NCBI GenBank assembly: GCA_963514005.1
Contig: OY740786.1
Coordinates: 67,890,001-67,954,000 of the forward strand
Direction: 5' to 3'
Length of the DNA stretch: 64,000 nt
DNA from: Raja brachyura
Taxonomy: Eukaryota
A program made the translations under genes and the position numbers. The notes below the pieces were generated by a model that was not told the origin of the DNA, did not search any database, and saw only the letters and a list, made by a program, of their open reading frames with translations. The first letter of the stretch is position 1. Each line of letters begins with the position of its first letter. Shown here one piece after another: positions 39,401 to 54,400 of this stretch.

Positions 39401-42400
39401 TTAGATGCTGCTGCACCCGCTGAGTTTCTCCAGCTTTTAATGTAACCCAAGGAATGTGCTATGGTTACTTCTTGGGATAGACATTTATCACAAATTGGGG
39501 AAACATTAGGAAAAAAATTACTTATTTTAGTTTTTGAATAATATAGTCTATGTAAAGTTTTAAATTGGATTAAAATACATTGATTAAAATACATTAAATT
39601 ACATTGATCGAGCATTTGTGCACATATAGCAAGTGTTTATCCCAACTCTCTTTCTAGATTTTTATAGCTAGTTCTTGTTCCCAATCTCTTCTAATTCTGT
39701 CAGATGATGGTATTTCTATATTTAGGATAGTATTATACACATATGATATTAAATTAGTTGAATCCGCCTTCATATTCATTCCTTCGTCTAATAAGCCTGG
39801 AGGCAAATTTTGATATTCTTGTGTATATTTTTTCAAGTAATCACAAGACTTTCTAGTTTTCTAATGCATTGCTATTGTCTATGAAGACTGAGGATCATGT
39901 TTTTTCTCTCCCACACATTGAATCATAGGCAGATTAAGCACTCACCCAATATATCTTTTCCAGCAGGGTGACAGATAGCAGATTTGCACAATTGCAGAAG
40001 ATTCACGACTAGTTTCACAAGGACACTGGACTCTGGATCATCTGAAGACATTTTAGAAATGTATTAAATCAAGTCTAACAGTATAGCTTGTAACCTTTAA
40101 AATAATACAGCTGCAGAAACTTCCACCGTTTGTACTAAAATTGATATAAAGTATGCACACATTACAATTGTACATTCATAATGCAGTCTTATTGTATGGT
40201 GGAAATTCAGCCATCCACAACACTGAGCAAGGCATCTTTTCATTTTAAGAAAGGAAATGTACACACTTTCTCAAGTCCCCTGATACAACAAATAAAACTA
40301 AGGATTGAACTTGGATTGGGAGGTTAAAGCTGCTATCTACGTTAACATGTCATATGATCTGAGTGGTTTACCAAGTTTTGACAGAAGGATAAGATAAGCA
40401 AACCTAATCACTCCGAGGGCCACTTGCTGAATCTCCTGGGAGGGCAATACTGCTCTGGTACTAGATTCCTTATTGAGTTGAGCAAAATTCAAACCTTCTA
40501 TGGCTTGGAATCAAAGAGGCTAGGGGCCGGGGTAGAGTAAGGCAAAGGTGGGTAGCAAACACATGCCTTCTTCTTGGCTTATAAAATCCCTTTATTCTAA
40601 TTTGTTTAATTAATTAATTTATCAATTTGGAGTAAATTCCTGCTATAAACAGTAGGTTTAATGCACACCATCTAATTTAATCTATTGTAACAGTGGTGCA
40701 GTCGGGTCAATATGTTGATACTGTATCATTTATCTGCAAGAAAGATTTAGTGAAGCGCAGCTCAATTTTACAGCTTGTTTTTAACACAATTGTGCTCTGT
40801 TGAAATAACATTTTAATGTACCGCTGCCAGGATCTTTATTCATTAAGATACTATCAAGTTACCTTGACATTCTTTTAGCAGGATTTTAGTGTCCTCTTTA
40901 TGAAGTGCTAGCTGATTTTTTAGATCATTTAATCCCACAAGCCTAGTCAAGGGCAAGGACTCACAGGAATTGACTGAGAGGAAGTGATTGATTTCCTGAA
41001 ATAGAAAAAATAAAGTAGGTAAAGGAAAACATAAATTTATAATCACCTTATTTTTTCTTCTACAATCAACTTCTACCTCATTTTCTGTTATCAAACTTCT
41101 TCCGTTCTCCAGGGAATGAAGTCTGTGTTTCTGTAATCTCTCATTTATGGCCTGTTATTTCTATTTCCATTAGTCTTTTGTGTCATTGTCTGTGAATACA
41201 GTTCCTCTAATCTTTGAACTTAGTTATTTGGATGCTTCATGTTTACCGTCCTTCATTGTCTTTCGCTTCTTTGTCCTTCTGGTGTTCTAGACCAGTGGTT
41301 CCCAACCTTTTTTAGTTCATGGCTCCCTTAGGCTCTTTAATTTTTCTGTGGCCCCCCCCTGACATTATTAGCAGAAAAAAAGTGGCCCCCTTCATTGAAC
41401 CTGTGGCCCCCTAAATCCCCACATTTTTCTGTGGCCCCCCTGAAATTTGCCATGACCCCTTTGAGGCCATATGGCCCCAGGTTGGGAATCACTGTTCAAG
41501 CATTCATCGATTTCAGCCCTGTTTGATTTGTTCTTTCATAACATGAAACTCAACTCACTTCTTCCAATATTTATTTCCCTTTACCAACCACAGGCATCTA
41601 AATCTCAAGTTACCAAGTCCTGTAAACATTAGCACCCAGAAATACATGGATTCAAATGCCAGAATGAACTTGAGTGGATAATGTTGGCTGAAATTTCAAT
41701 TTAGCATCGATGGTGTGTTGCATTATCAGAAGTTAAGTCTTACTGATTAGGTTTAACTGAGGCTCTATACATCTATATGCACAGTGACATGGTGCATTCA
41801 AAGAAAAGCAAAGAGTTGTATCGTGTCCTAGTCAATATCGCTACTTCAAAAATTTCTCTCCCACAAAATAATTAATTGGCAAATTATTATCAGTTTATTA
41901 CTGTCATGTGTATCAATACACTTTGAAAACTGCTTTGGTGTTATTCAGTCAAATCACATTATACACGAGTACAATCAAATCACACGAGTATAACGGGTAC
42001 TGCAAAGTGAAAAATAAACAGTGCAGAATATAGTATTAGAGCCAAGAGATAATGCAGATCTTTTAAAAAGTGCAAGGGTCAGGATTGGGAGATCAGGACT
42101 ACATCCTTAGTTTATGTTAGATCTGTTCAATTGTCTGATAATAGTGCCATTTCCATAGCACCAGATTGAGGAACAGTTTCTTCGCCATGGTTATTCAACT
42201 TCTGAACGTACTTCTCATAAACTAGGTGTGCAATTCCAATTCTCCAACTACCTCATTGCAGCCCTTGCACTTTATTTTTGTCTGCACTTTCTGATGTATT
42301 ATATCTTGCTCTGATTACATTTCTCCTTGCAGTATCTATTGTACTTGTGTATGATTTGATTGTACTCATAAATGGAATGATTTGACTGCGTAGGATGCAA

Positions 42401-45400
42401 AAGAAAGTTTAATTTGTTTTGTGGTAACATGCCATAGTAGGTTTCTTTTTTGACAGTTTTTCACTCTTCTTGCTCTTTAATTGATCTCATCTTCTTCAGA
42501 CCAGAGATACAGCACTGAAACAGACCCTTTGGCCCACAGAGACTGTGCTGACCAGTGATCACACCTTACACTAGCACTATCCTACACACTAGGAACTTAC
42601 AAACCTTTGGAGTGTAAGAGGGAAACAGAACTGGCTCCCGGAGAAAACCCACAGGGTCATAGGGAAAACGTACAAATTCCATACAGACAGCACCCATAGT
42701 CAGGATTGAGCCCGGGTCTCTGGCACAGTAAGGCAGAAGCTCTACCGCTGTACCACTGCTCTCCAACTTATTATGAATTTGTTTGAAAATTCTCAATTTA
42801 ATAAATTCAGGAATAGTCCAATCTATAATGTTTCTAGCAGGAACCAATAAAATAAGCAATATTGGATCCAACAGAAATCAGTGTCAAGTGGCAATACATT
42901 CTGCAAAGTGCATGGCTGTCTGGACATTGACTATAGAGACAAGGTACACACAAGGAACTGCAGATGCTGGTGTGACAAAAATACATAAAGTACCAGAGTA
43001 AGTCAGTAAGCATCTCTGGAAAACATTGATAGGCACCATTTTGGCTCGAGATCTTTCTTCGGACTTTAGAAGAGTCCAAACACGAAACATCACCTATCCC
43101 TGTTCTCCAGGAATGATGCCAGACTCACTAACTTTGAGTCTCTAGCACTTTGTGTCTTTTTTGGTCATTGACTATATTAATGCCAAGAAATTCAGAAGAT
43201 ATAAAGAAAGTTGACAGGATATTACTGAGTGGCAATGCATACTCAAAAAGCTGTAGGAAATTGGAGGATCAGCACCTCATATTTCACTTGGGCAGCTTAC
43301 AACCCAGCGGTATGAATATTGATTTCTCTAACTTCAAGTACCCTTGCTTTCCCTCTATCTACATCCCTCCACATCCTCGTTCTACTGTCTTCCTGTTAAA
43401 TGTTACCGCATTGTATGCCGCAATGTCACCTTCACCATAGCTTAAAATGAACCATTTCCTTATTTGTTATCTGCTTTGATCTTTCATTTTCACACCTTAC
43501 CCTTCCACATATCTCTAGTTTCCCTCTCCCTTGACTCTCAGCCTGAAGAAGGGTCTCGACCCGAAACGTCACCCATTCATTCTCTCCAGAGATGCCACCT
43601 GCCCTGCTGTCTTACTTTTCTTGGTAACTTTACATTGAATTCTTGGACTCTGCCTTCTACCCGAGCATTAAATCTTTACCCAGTTATAAGGTTTTTTGGA
43701 TTAATGATAGTAATGTGATACTTCATGTAAAGTTAAAAGCTGCATTTATGAGCTTTATAAGTATGTTCACAAAATAAAAAGCATGAAATTCAAACCTCAA
43801 AATTCAAACATTAAAAAAATATTTTTACCTCCAATAATGTGAACCTTTTCTTACTATACTTGATTTTCTCCTGGATAAGACGCAGCTCTTTGAAATCAGG
43901 AAGATCGGGGAATGGATCCAACCGCCTAATTGCATGGTATAGGTTTTTATTGTCTTGATTAGAAATCACTAGATACTTCAACAACGTAAGGGCCTGGAAG
44001 AATTATAACTATAAATCACTAATTGTTTATATCACAATTAAAATTGAGAATAACAATCACAAAGAATCTTAAAACATTTATAAATCAGAATGGGAATAAT
44101 TATATGCATGATTCTCAGCTCCTACGAAGTTGAACTTTAAAATAACTTGTCCCCTATTTGTATACTCCAGAGATGCTGCCTGACCCACTGAGTTACTCCA
44201 TGTTAATGCATGAGGCGCATTTGGGGGGTCTGAGCCTGTATTCGCTGGAGTTTTGATGGAAGAGCGGGAAATCGCATTGAAACCTACCGAATAATGAAAG
44301 GCCTAGATGGAGTGGATGTGGAGAGGATGTTTCCAGTAATAGGAGAGTCTAGGACCAGAGGGCACAACCTCAGAATAACAGGATGTACATTTAGAATGGA
44401 GATGAGAAGGAATTTCTTTAGCCAGAAGGTGGCGAATCGGAGTCATTGGCACAGACGATGGTGGAGGCCAAGTAATTTGGTATTTTTTTAAAACGGAGAT
44501 TGACAGGTTCTTGATTAGTACAGATGCCAAAGGTTATGGGGAGAAGGCAGAAGAATGGGGTAGACAGGGAAAGATAGATCAGCCATGTTTGAATGGTGGT
44601 GTAGATTTGAAGGACCAAATGGCCTAATTCTGCTCCTATCACTTATGACCTTTTTAATGGCCTAATGCTGCTCTTATGTCTTATGGTCCCTTGACTCCAC
44701 CAATTTACAATTCTTATAGGTAGACGCAAAATTCTGGAGTAACTCAGCGGGACAGGCATCATCTCTGGAGAGAAGGAATGGGTGACGTTTCGGGTCGAGA
44801 CCCCAAAGCAGTACCCATTCCTTCTCTCCAGAGATGCTGCCTGTCCCGCTGAGTTACTCCAGCATTTTGTGTCTAACTTCGATTTAAACACGCATCTGCG
44901 GTTCCTCCCTTACAATTCTAATCGCCGTATCAGAATCCCAGCTTCCTTTGGACTCATAATTAGTGACTTCCTTTCAGCCTTGTCAGTCTGAATCTTGAGA
45001 TAAACCCCTCTAAATAACTATCCCTTTGCTTCCCACTAAAGACCTAACCCAGCCTATTAAAAGCTTAGGGTTACAGATGATTTTCAACCAGCTATTGACT
45101 TTCTGATTGTGTCTTTGATATATCATGGGATATTATTCCACATTAAAAGTAGCTCAATTTGTAGTAAGTGTTCAATTTTGTAGTAAGTGTTTAACATTTT
45201 CTTGCTAAGTTTGAAAACATATATAATTCATCCAATAAATCATTAGAACAAAAAAATGAATCCAATAATCATTAGAACAAAGAAGCCAACAGAATTGTTA
45301 TTGCACATCAATGTCTGACCTGTTGACGAATCTCTGGCTGTTCCTGGACCAATGGTGTTAATGTACCCACAATGACGTGAAGATGATTTTCCAGTGCATC

Positions 45401-48400
45401 CCCACAATGTTCTACAGCAGTTTTACAAGTGGCATTCAAGAGATCACAGCACAGAGAAAAACTGCGTGTGGATACATCATCCATGTGCGCTGGCCTATAA
45501 AGAAAAAAAAGTACAATGCACAATCTGAAACAATGATATAAACATAAAAAATAGGTGCAGGAGTAGGCCATTCGGCCCTTCAAGCCTGCACCGCCATTCA
45601 ATACGATCATGGCTGATCATTCAACTCAGTATCATGTACTTGCCTTCTCTCCACACATGATGTGGAAGTATAAGATGTTGGGGATATATTTTGGTCTTCC
45701 AAGTCACCCGAGCACGTACTGCTAATTCGGACATCAGCGAGCCACTATACTGCCTGCCTGATAATTTTGTGTTCATCAAAGCTAATGGAAATCAAATTGT
45801 TTTGCAAGAGTGGCCCATTCACCAACATAATAGCATATCATGTTTTCCACACTGTCACTTTGCATTCTGTAAGTAACATATGCTTGAAACAGAGCTGTGG
45901 TGAGCTTATGCAAGATCTATAGGAGAACTCATGAGCTTAACTTTGGGATCAGAGGCCTGAGTAAATTTAAAAAAAAATTGTATTTATTTTTTTTTAAGTC
46001 AGCTTATTTAGAAAGTGCAGACTACATTTGCAATTGCAAGAGATGTATCCCAAGGCATACAATGATCAAGAATTAATTGAAAGCAAACTTGAAATAAATT
46101 ATCAATAAGAAAAGAACTGACCGACTATTGATGTGGTGAATCAGACTATAGATGACGTCACGGAGAACAAATGCCCACAATCTTCCCAGTCCGCCCATAA
46201 TCTCTTTCAGTAGCAAATTTACAAACAAGCGATACATCATCAGAATTCTATGCTTTTCATAAGCACTGGTACTGTCTGCTGCCTTCTTACAAATTGCCAG
46301 CAAAATCTTTTGTATTGAATCCTGTTTACAACACAAGTTCCAACAGATTTAATTATACAGGGTTCTTAAAAAGATTTGGTGAGATTTTCAGTAATATACA
46401 TTTGAAAGACAAAGAGTTGCAATGAGCTAAAGCAGAGATAAGAAAAATAAACCCAACATGACATATTGTAAAAAATAACCAATAAGAAATTTTTGTTATT
46501 AATAAATAATGACAGAAAAAATATGATATCTCTTGAAAAATCCTCTGATGTACTTTTTGCTCAGAGTTAGTGCTTGATGTGGTGGGTAATGTCTGGTTCA
46601 GTTATGCTGTAACGGTTGAGGAGTTCCTGGAAGTGGTCTTTGCATCGGGGGTTAATGGACTCATTGTCCTTCAGCAGTTCTTGTCCGTCTTTTGAGCACA
46701 GGGGGGTTAAGCCGCGGTAGCTTGGACCATAGACGGCCTCAGTAGCGCTGAAGAAGCCTCTGGTGTCACCCGAGTCTGCCAGTCTCTGGATTTCCAGAGC
46801 CTTATCTGTACACCAAGAGTTCTTAAGCACTTTTGTAGTGCATGCACCAAGGAGGTATATTACTGTGAACATCTACTCCCACTCACCAATCAGTTAAAAC
46901 AACTAAAAAGCTGGATTTATTAGCAAGTTCACAAATGCAAGCATATAAAGTGGAGACAAGATGGAACTTACAGGGTTTTTTGAAAGTACTGCCACAAGTG
47001 ATTTGAACTTCTCTTTATGGCAGCTGCCAATATATTCCAGAGTAGCTTTGATAATGTAGGAAGGAAAATGTGGTGGGTTAGGAGCAGGATCCATTGCCCT
47101 GAATAAAAGAGGGAAATAGAACAGCTTTCGTCTCTTAAGCAGAAAAATACATCTCTTATATCATCATACAAAATTCTGGAAAAAAATCCACGATGGATCA
47201 CAATAACTAACCGATTCATTTCCTAGTAAAATGGCAAGTCATATCTATCTATTTACTTTGAAGTTAATGCTGCACAATTCACACTATTTGCAGATTTGAT
47301 CTCCAGTTGGATAAAAAATATTCAAAGGATAATGGATAAAATTAATTGGATTGTTCTTTTTCTCATACAAATTAAAAGATCTATTTAAATACAAACACAC
47401 AAATGGAATGAAACAACCTTGTTTAAACATATATAAATTAATACTTTATTCAATAGAGTTTGTTGCTTATGAAGTAAAAGTACTAGGTTAAAACATATTT
47501 CTTAATGTGGAAAAATAAAACAAAATTACAATTACAATAAGCTTGCTTAAAAAATAATTACCCTTTCCACAAGGTTTGTCACAGGCAAATCATTGCCCAT
47601 TATGTCTTATCAGTAGAAAAAAGATTCAAATGTACTTTAGTTTCCTTACCCAACAAACATCCCCAGCTCTCCACCATTTGCTACATCTTGGTTAGGAAGA
47701 TCATACAGGGTATTGAGCACCTCAACAACAATTTCTGGCAAGTTGTTGAGGCTCAAATGGTCAATTTGCTTTTAAAAAAAAAAGGAAAAGAGAAACACTA
47801 ATGTTAAATATTATAAACATCCTAATTTTTAAAGCTTTGAAAAAAAATGCATTCAATACCATCATTATTTTTGAAATATTTCTTATCTTTTTTGATAAAT
47901 TACGATAGGACCGTATCAATATACTGACTTCAGATTGTATGTAACTGAAATGCACCAGAGTTTACATTGTCTATTGGAGTCACAACAATAACAGGATACA
48001 TATGGGTAATATCCAAATTTTAACTGGAGAGTAAAAGGGAGAGGCAAAGTTACTGTGTCCACCTTGGCCTACGCAATCTTCCCGTTACCAAACACTTTAA
48101 CTCCCCTTCCCACTCCCATACTGACCTTTCTGTCCTTTGCTTTCTCCACTGTCAGAGTGAGGCCACACTCGTACTGGAAGAACAGCACCTCATATTTCAC
48201 TTGTGCAGCTTACAACCCAGAGGTATGAGTATTGATTTCGTCAATTTCAAGTAACCCTTGCATTCCCTCTATCTCAATCCCCCCCCACCTTACTCATCCT
48301 GCTAGTTTTACTGTTCGTATCTCTTCTTTATCACCTCCTCCATAGCCAACAATGGGCCATTGTGGGTTCTTTGGGTTTGGCATCAATCCATTCTGTACCT

Positions 48401-51400
48401 TTTCATACCTCTGTTTCCATCTCCCCTGTATCTCAGTCTGAAGAAGGGTCATAGAAACATGGAGACATAGAAACATAGAGACCAAAGGGACTCAAACCTA
48501 TTTCTTTTCCCTAAAGATGCCACCTGACCCACTGAGTTATCCCACCTTTTGAAACATAGAAAATAGGTGAAGTAGGTCATTCGGACCATCGAGACAGCAC
48601 CGCCATTTAATATGATCATGGCTAATCATCCAAAATCAGTACCCCATTTCTACTTTCTCCCCATATCCCTTGATTCCATATTTTGTGTATATCTATGATT
48701 ACTTCAAGATTACCTTCATCAGCAAGGCTAGAAAGCAAGAAAATAAAAACCAACCTCTTGATGCCCATTGGGATTCATTTTATCAACAGCTATCTTGCTG
48801 TTGGAGGCTGCCCCTCTCAACTCACTTCTGGGATTCAGCTCTTTGGTCCATATTTGGATCAAGACTGCAATAGGTCTAGAGTCAAGTGATCCAGGTGAAA
48901 CTCAAACTCAGTATTAGTGAGATTATTGGAGAGTAAATATAGTATGCTTGCCTGCATTGCTAGGGTCATTGAACATAAGGGTCAGGAAGTCGATGCTGCT
49001 CTATAGGGCTTTGGTTAGGTCGTATTTGGAGTATTGCCTTCAGTTCTGGTCATCCTATTACAAGAAAGATGTGGACGCTTTGCAGAGGTTTACCAGAATG
49101 CTGCCTGGATTATAGTTTCAGCTCCAGGGGAGGTTGGATAGACTTGGGATTGTTTTCTCTGGAACATCAAAGATTGACGAGAGATTTGATAGGTATATAT
49201 TATGAAAGGCATAGATAGGGTAGACAATCAGAACCTTTTTCCCCCAGGGTGGAAATGTCCAACACTAGAGGGCATAGCTATAAGGTGAGAGGAGGAAAAG
49301 GTTTTAATCGAGATATGCGGGATGTTTTTTCTCTTTTTACACACACAGGAAAATAAAAGCCTGGAACGCATTGCCTGGGGTGATGGTGGGAGCAGATGGG
49401 ATAGTGGCATTTAAGAAGCTTTTGATAGGCATATGGATCTGTGGAAAATTGAGAGATATGGATCACTTGTGGGGATATGAGATCAGTTCAGCTTCATGTC
49501 ATCATGTCGGGCACAAACATTGTGGGCCAAAGTGCCCGTTCCTGTGCTTTACTGAATTACTATAGAACTGTCAATGACATCTTCCACCACTTTTAGAGAA
49601 GATTGGATGATAATTAACCAGATTCGATGTGCTCTGCTCTTTGTAGAGTGGATGTACCTTGACTCTCTTCCGCATTGTTTGATTGGTGCCATTGCTGTAC
49701 ATGTAATGGCAGGAGTTTGGCAGAGATGCAGATAGCTCTGGAGCACGCTTTCACGTAAAGCGTGAAATAAACTAATCGTGACAATAAACTAAACTAATCC
49801 CTTGTTATATGATTTTTCCCCATGGTGGCATAATAACTCACCGTAGGGCTCTAGTATTAGTAAAATACCTCAAAAACTGTACAACAAAATGGCAGTATAT
49901 CTCACCTGCTTTCCCAAGCAATCATCTTCTTTCAGCATGTCATACACCTTGGATGCATTTTCTCTCCGTTGTGCAAAAATATTATCAGATCCATTATTTT
50001 CTTGATATGCAAAGTAAGGCAGAATATTAACCATTATCTTTGGAAGACAATCAGCAAGCAATTCTTTCCACTGTCTGTTAATGTGTGAAGCAATTGATTT
50101 CACTTCCTTTATGTTCCCAGTAACCATCAGGTGGGGGATAAGTACTTTGTAATAGGACCTAAAACAGTAACCAACAAAAAAAGTTAATAAAGAGAATCAA
50201 TTACAACTGTTATTCCAAATCAGTAGCTATCAAAATAATAATTTAATCATTTAAATTATTCTGAACAACTATATGATCCGAGTATATTTATTTAGTACTT
50301 AGTTTGTTACGGAATTCTGGTGCAGAAAAGTGAAGCATATTCATTGAGAAATATCTTAAATTCTCAGTTTATGCTGTTATTCTCACAGAAGGTGCAGTAC
50401 AGTTATACAACACGGATGGAAAACCAGATGAATGCAGTATCAAACTCAGACTACTCTTTTACTTCAATCTCAGCTGCAAGATCAGAAGGGCACTTCCCAC
50501 AGCAGCACGTTGAGGTGGGAAAATATTTAATAGGAACCCGAGGAGCAAAGTTTGTTTTACATAAAAAGGTGGTAGGTATATGAAAGAAGCTGTAGGAGGA
50601 GGTACTTAAGGCAGGTACTATCAGAACAGTAAAAAAAAAAACATTTGCACAGGTACATGGATAGGATAGGTTTACTGGGATATGGGCCAAACACAGGCAG
50701 GTGGGACATGTTGGTCACTCTGGGCAGGTTGGGCTGAAGGGCCCCGTTTCTACTCTGTAAGACTCGTTAACAGCAATATTAATGTTTCCACAACTTTTTC
50801 AAAAGTTCTGTAAGTCACAGTCAAATTTAGAGCATGTCCAGAGATGCCCTGAACTAATTGCATAAAAGGCCCTTGATCTGGGCACATAAAGAGGAGATTC
50901 ACTGTGATAGATGTTTGTGTAAATTGTGTTGTGTCTCGGTTCTTTTCTTGATTGTATGACTGCAGAAACTAAATTTCGTTTGAACCTCAATGAGGTTCAA
51001 ATGACAATAAACGGTATTGTATTGCATTGTATTGTAAAAGGCCAAGAAAACATATATGTCTGCTGAACGCGAGAAAAATTGTTGGTCTATTTTTCTTTAA
51101 GCCAATAAACTTATTACCATCGACTTTGAGCACATTTACTTACACTTAACATAGCACTGTTAATGATCAGTAAACAAGTTTAGATATATTGCAGAAATGC
51201 AGGACCATTCTGGTATTTGTTGTTGTGACTTGCACACCATTTACCTGTAAAATCCTTCCAGATTAGAGCAGTTCAATACAATGCAAGGGAATGTAGACAA
51301 TGTGTAGTCAGGATCAGTCACTGCCAGCCATTCATGGATCAGATAATCTATATGAGAAACCATGAAGCTCTCCAAACTATCGTAAGTCAAACACTTTGAT

Positions 51401-54400
51401 GTAGACTCAAGAATCTAAGCAAAAGTAAACAGACATATGTATAACTCAAAACAATATGGCTTTATAAAATCCTGAACAACAAAAAATATTCTGCATTCGT
51501 TATTGACTGCCAGACAGGAACAATTGGTCACTACCGATTTATTATGCAATTCCAAAAATATATTCTGCATCACAAAACATTTGGTGATATTAGACTTTAT
51601 GTTAATATTTTTCCTTTCCGACCAGCAGGTCTTCCCAACATTGATACTTCATTTGCGTGACCGGAGTTAGAGGTGTTGGGAAATTTAAATGTAAAGATTT
51701 TAGACTTGAGATACAGCATGGAAAAAGGCCCTTCGGCTTACCATGTCCTTGTCGAACAGTGATCACCCCCGTACACTAACACTACCCCATGCACTACGGA
51801 CAATTTACAATTTTACAGAAGTCAATTAATCTAAAAACTTGTATATCTTTGGGATGTTGGAGGAAACCGGAGCATCCGTGGAAAACCCATGTGGTACAGG
51901 GATAATGTACAAACTCCGTACAGACAGCACCCGTAGTCATGGTCGACCATAGGTCTCCTGCGCAGTAAGACAGCAGCTCTACCACTGCGCCACACCAGAG
52001 ATTTCTGCACACAGAATGTTAATCTTTGACATGCATGCGCTTGATGTGTTATTCTTATACACAAAAAGAAAACAGGATGAGGAAGTAAACAGTGCCATTT
52101 GAACATCTGTTATGAAGATAACTGTTTACTTTCATAGTTACCTTTTTAACAAGCATAGGGTCTAGCTTGTTCTCCTTTAATGATTGGCAAATAGCAAATA
52201 GGGCCTGCTTTTCACATATGGGGCTGCAGCACATGATCAATGAAAGCACGATAAGCAACGTAGCTCTTCTGTTGCATTCCTCATCCTGAAGTTCTTCTGG
52301 GGATGTACGATTCTGAAGAAATGGAGAACATATTTTAAAAAGCCATGTACAATTGCACAGACAAGGCATCTTGGATTTGCATTGTGACATTAATGAAGAA
52401 TAATCTCTTACGTTGGTCTTGAGAGGCACCAGGAAGAGGCTGATCACAGGGAGAATGGAAGCAATATTAGATGGGATGACCAAAATCAACGATGCAGAGC
52501 TCAGCATTAAGAGGACAGAAAAAGGTGGAGATGTAGGTAGGAACTACTGGAGACAGAAGAATGGGAGTTTGGTCAGGGACTCTGAAGAAGATTAGAAATA
52601 AGGAATAATATTAATGCTAGACACAAAATACTGGAGTAAATCAGCGGATCAGGCAACATCTCTGGTGATAATTGATAGGCGGCATTTTGGGTCGGGACCC
52701 TTCTTCAGACTGATTTTAGGAGAGAGGAACTGGAAGCAAGAAAATAAAAGGGTATTTTCTTGCTTCCAGTTCCTCTTCGCTTTAATCAGACTGAAGAAGG
52801 GTTCATACCCGAAACATACCTATCCATTTTCTCCAGAGATGCTACCTGACCCACTGAGTTACTCCAGCATTCTGCGTTTCTCTTTGGTATAAACAAGCAT
52901 CTGCAGTTCATTTTTATTAATGATAATATTAATGTTTGGGAGAGAATTAAATATAATTGTCAAATACAAAATAATGCTCTGGAAAAGACACAAAGTGCTG
53001 GAATAACTCGACAGAGTAATGCAGTGAATAAGGTGGTAACTTTGAAAAACATGGATAGGTATTGTTGTAGGTTGAGACCCTTCTTCAGGCTCTGGATTTA
53101 GTTTGTCCTCTACGTCCTTCATAAAGGATTAATTGCCACGATTCATTTTCAGGTTACGATTTGGTGTTTCATGGATTCCTAATATTCCAGACAGTACTGT
53201 AATATGTAACATTATTTCACCATTTAGTGTCACAGACTGCCATCTATGGTTGCACATTGGGAATGAACTTCAAGTAAAGTTGCCTCCAGTATAATTGGAG
53301 CAATCTTTCTCTAATGCGAATGATGCAATTATTATAGTATTCATATATTTTTGTGAGCTTCCCTGTTACATATGGCAGGAATGAATAACGGAATAGTTAA
53401 TATTCCAGTGCCTTGCTGTGCCTCTGCAAGGTTATAAAATAGTTATATAGAGAAGAGGCTTTTAAAATTTAGAATTCTTAATGAAAGTTTAAAGCTACAT
53501 TACATTCAAAAAGTATTCAGACTCCTTCACTTTTTCTACATTTTGTTACATTACAGCCTTATTCTAAAATGGATTAAAATCTTTTTTTTTTAATCATCAA
53601 TCTACACACAATACCCCATAATAAAAAAAGAAAATAACAGGTGTATAGAAATTTTTGCAAAGTAATTCAAAATAAAAAACTGAAATGTCACATTTACATA
53701 AGTATTCAGTCCCTCTACTCAGTACTTTGTTGAGGCACCTTTTGCAGCAATTACAGCCTCAAGCCTTCTTGGGTATGATGCAACAAGCTTGGCACACCTG
53801 TATTTGGGTAATTTCTCCCATTTTGCTCTGCAGATCTTCTCAAGCTCTGTCAGATTGGATGGGGAGTGTCCATGCACTGTTATTTTCAGGTCCCTCCAGA
53901 GATGTTTGATCAGGTTCAAGTCCGGGCTCTGGCTGGGCCACTCAAGAACATTCACAGACTTGTCATGAAGCCACTCCTGCATTGTCTTGGCTGTGTGCTT
54001 CGGGTCGTTGTCCTGTTGGAAGGTGAACCTCCGCCCCAGTTTGAGGTCCAGAACGCTCTGGAGCAGGTTTTCATCAAGGATCTTTCTATACTTTGCTCCG
54101 TTCATCTTTCCCTTGATCCTGACTAGTCTCCCAGTTCCTGCCTCTGAAAAACATCCCCACAGAATGATGCTGCCACCACCATGCTTCACCATAGGTATGG
54201 TATTGGCTAGGTGATGAGCGATGCCTGGTTTCCTCCAGACGTGACACTTGGCATTCAGGCCAAAGAGTTCAATCTTGGTTTCATCAGACCAGAGAATCTT
54301 GTTTCTCATGCCTTTTGGCAAACTCTAAGCTGTCATGTGCCTTTCACTGAGGAATGGCTTCTGTCTGGTAACTTTACCATAAAGCCCTGATTGGTGGAGT

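Noticed and set aside
45158-45282. Short tandem duplications (also 60901-60937)
   Set aside because: Ordinary slippage duplications that leave the splice sites intact.
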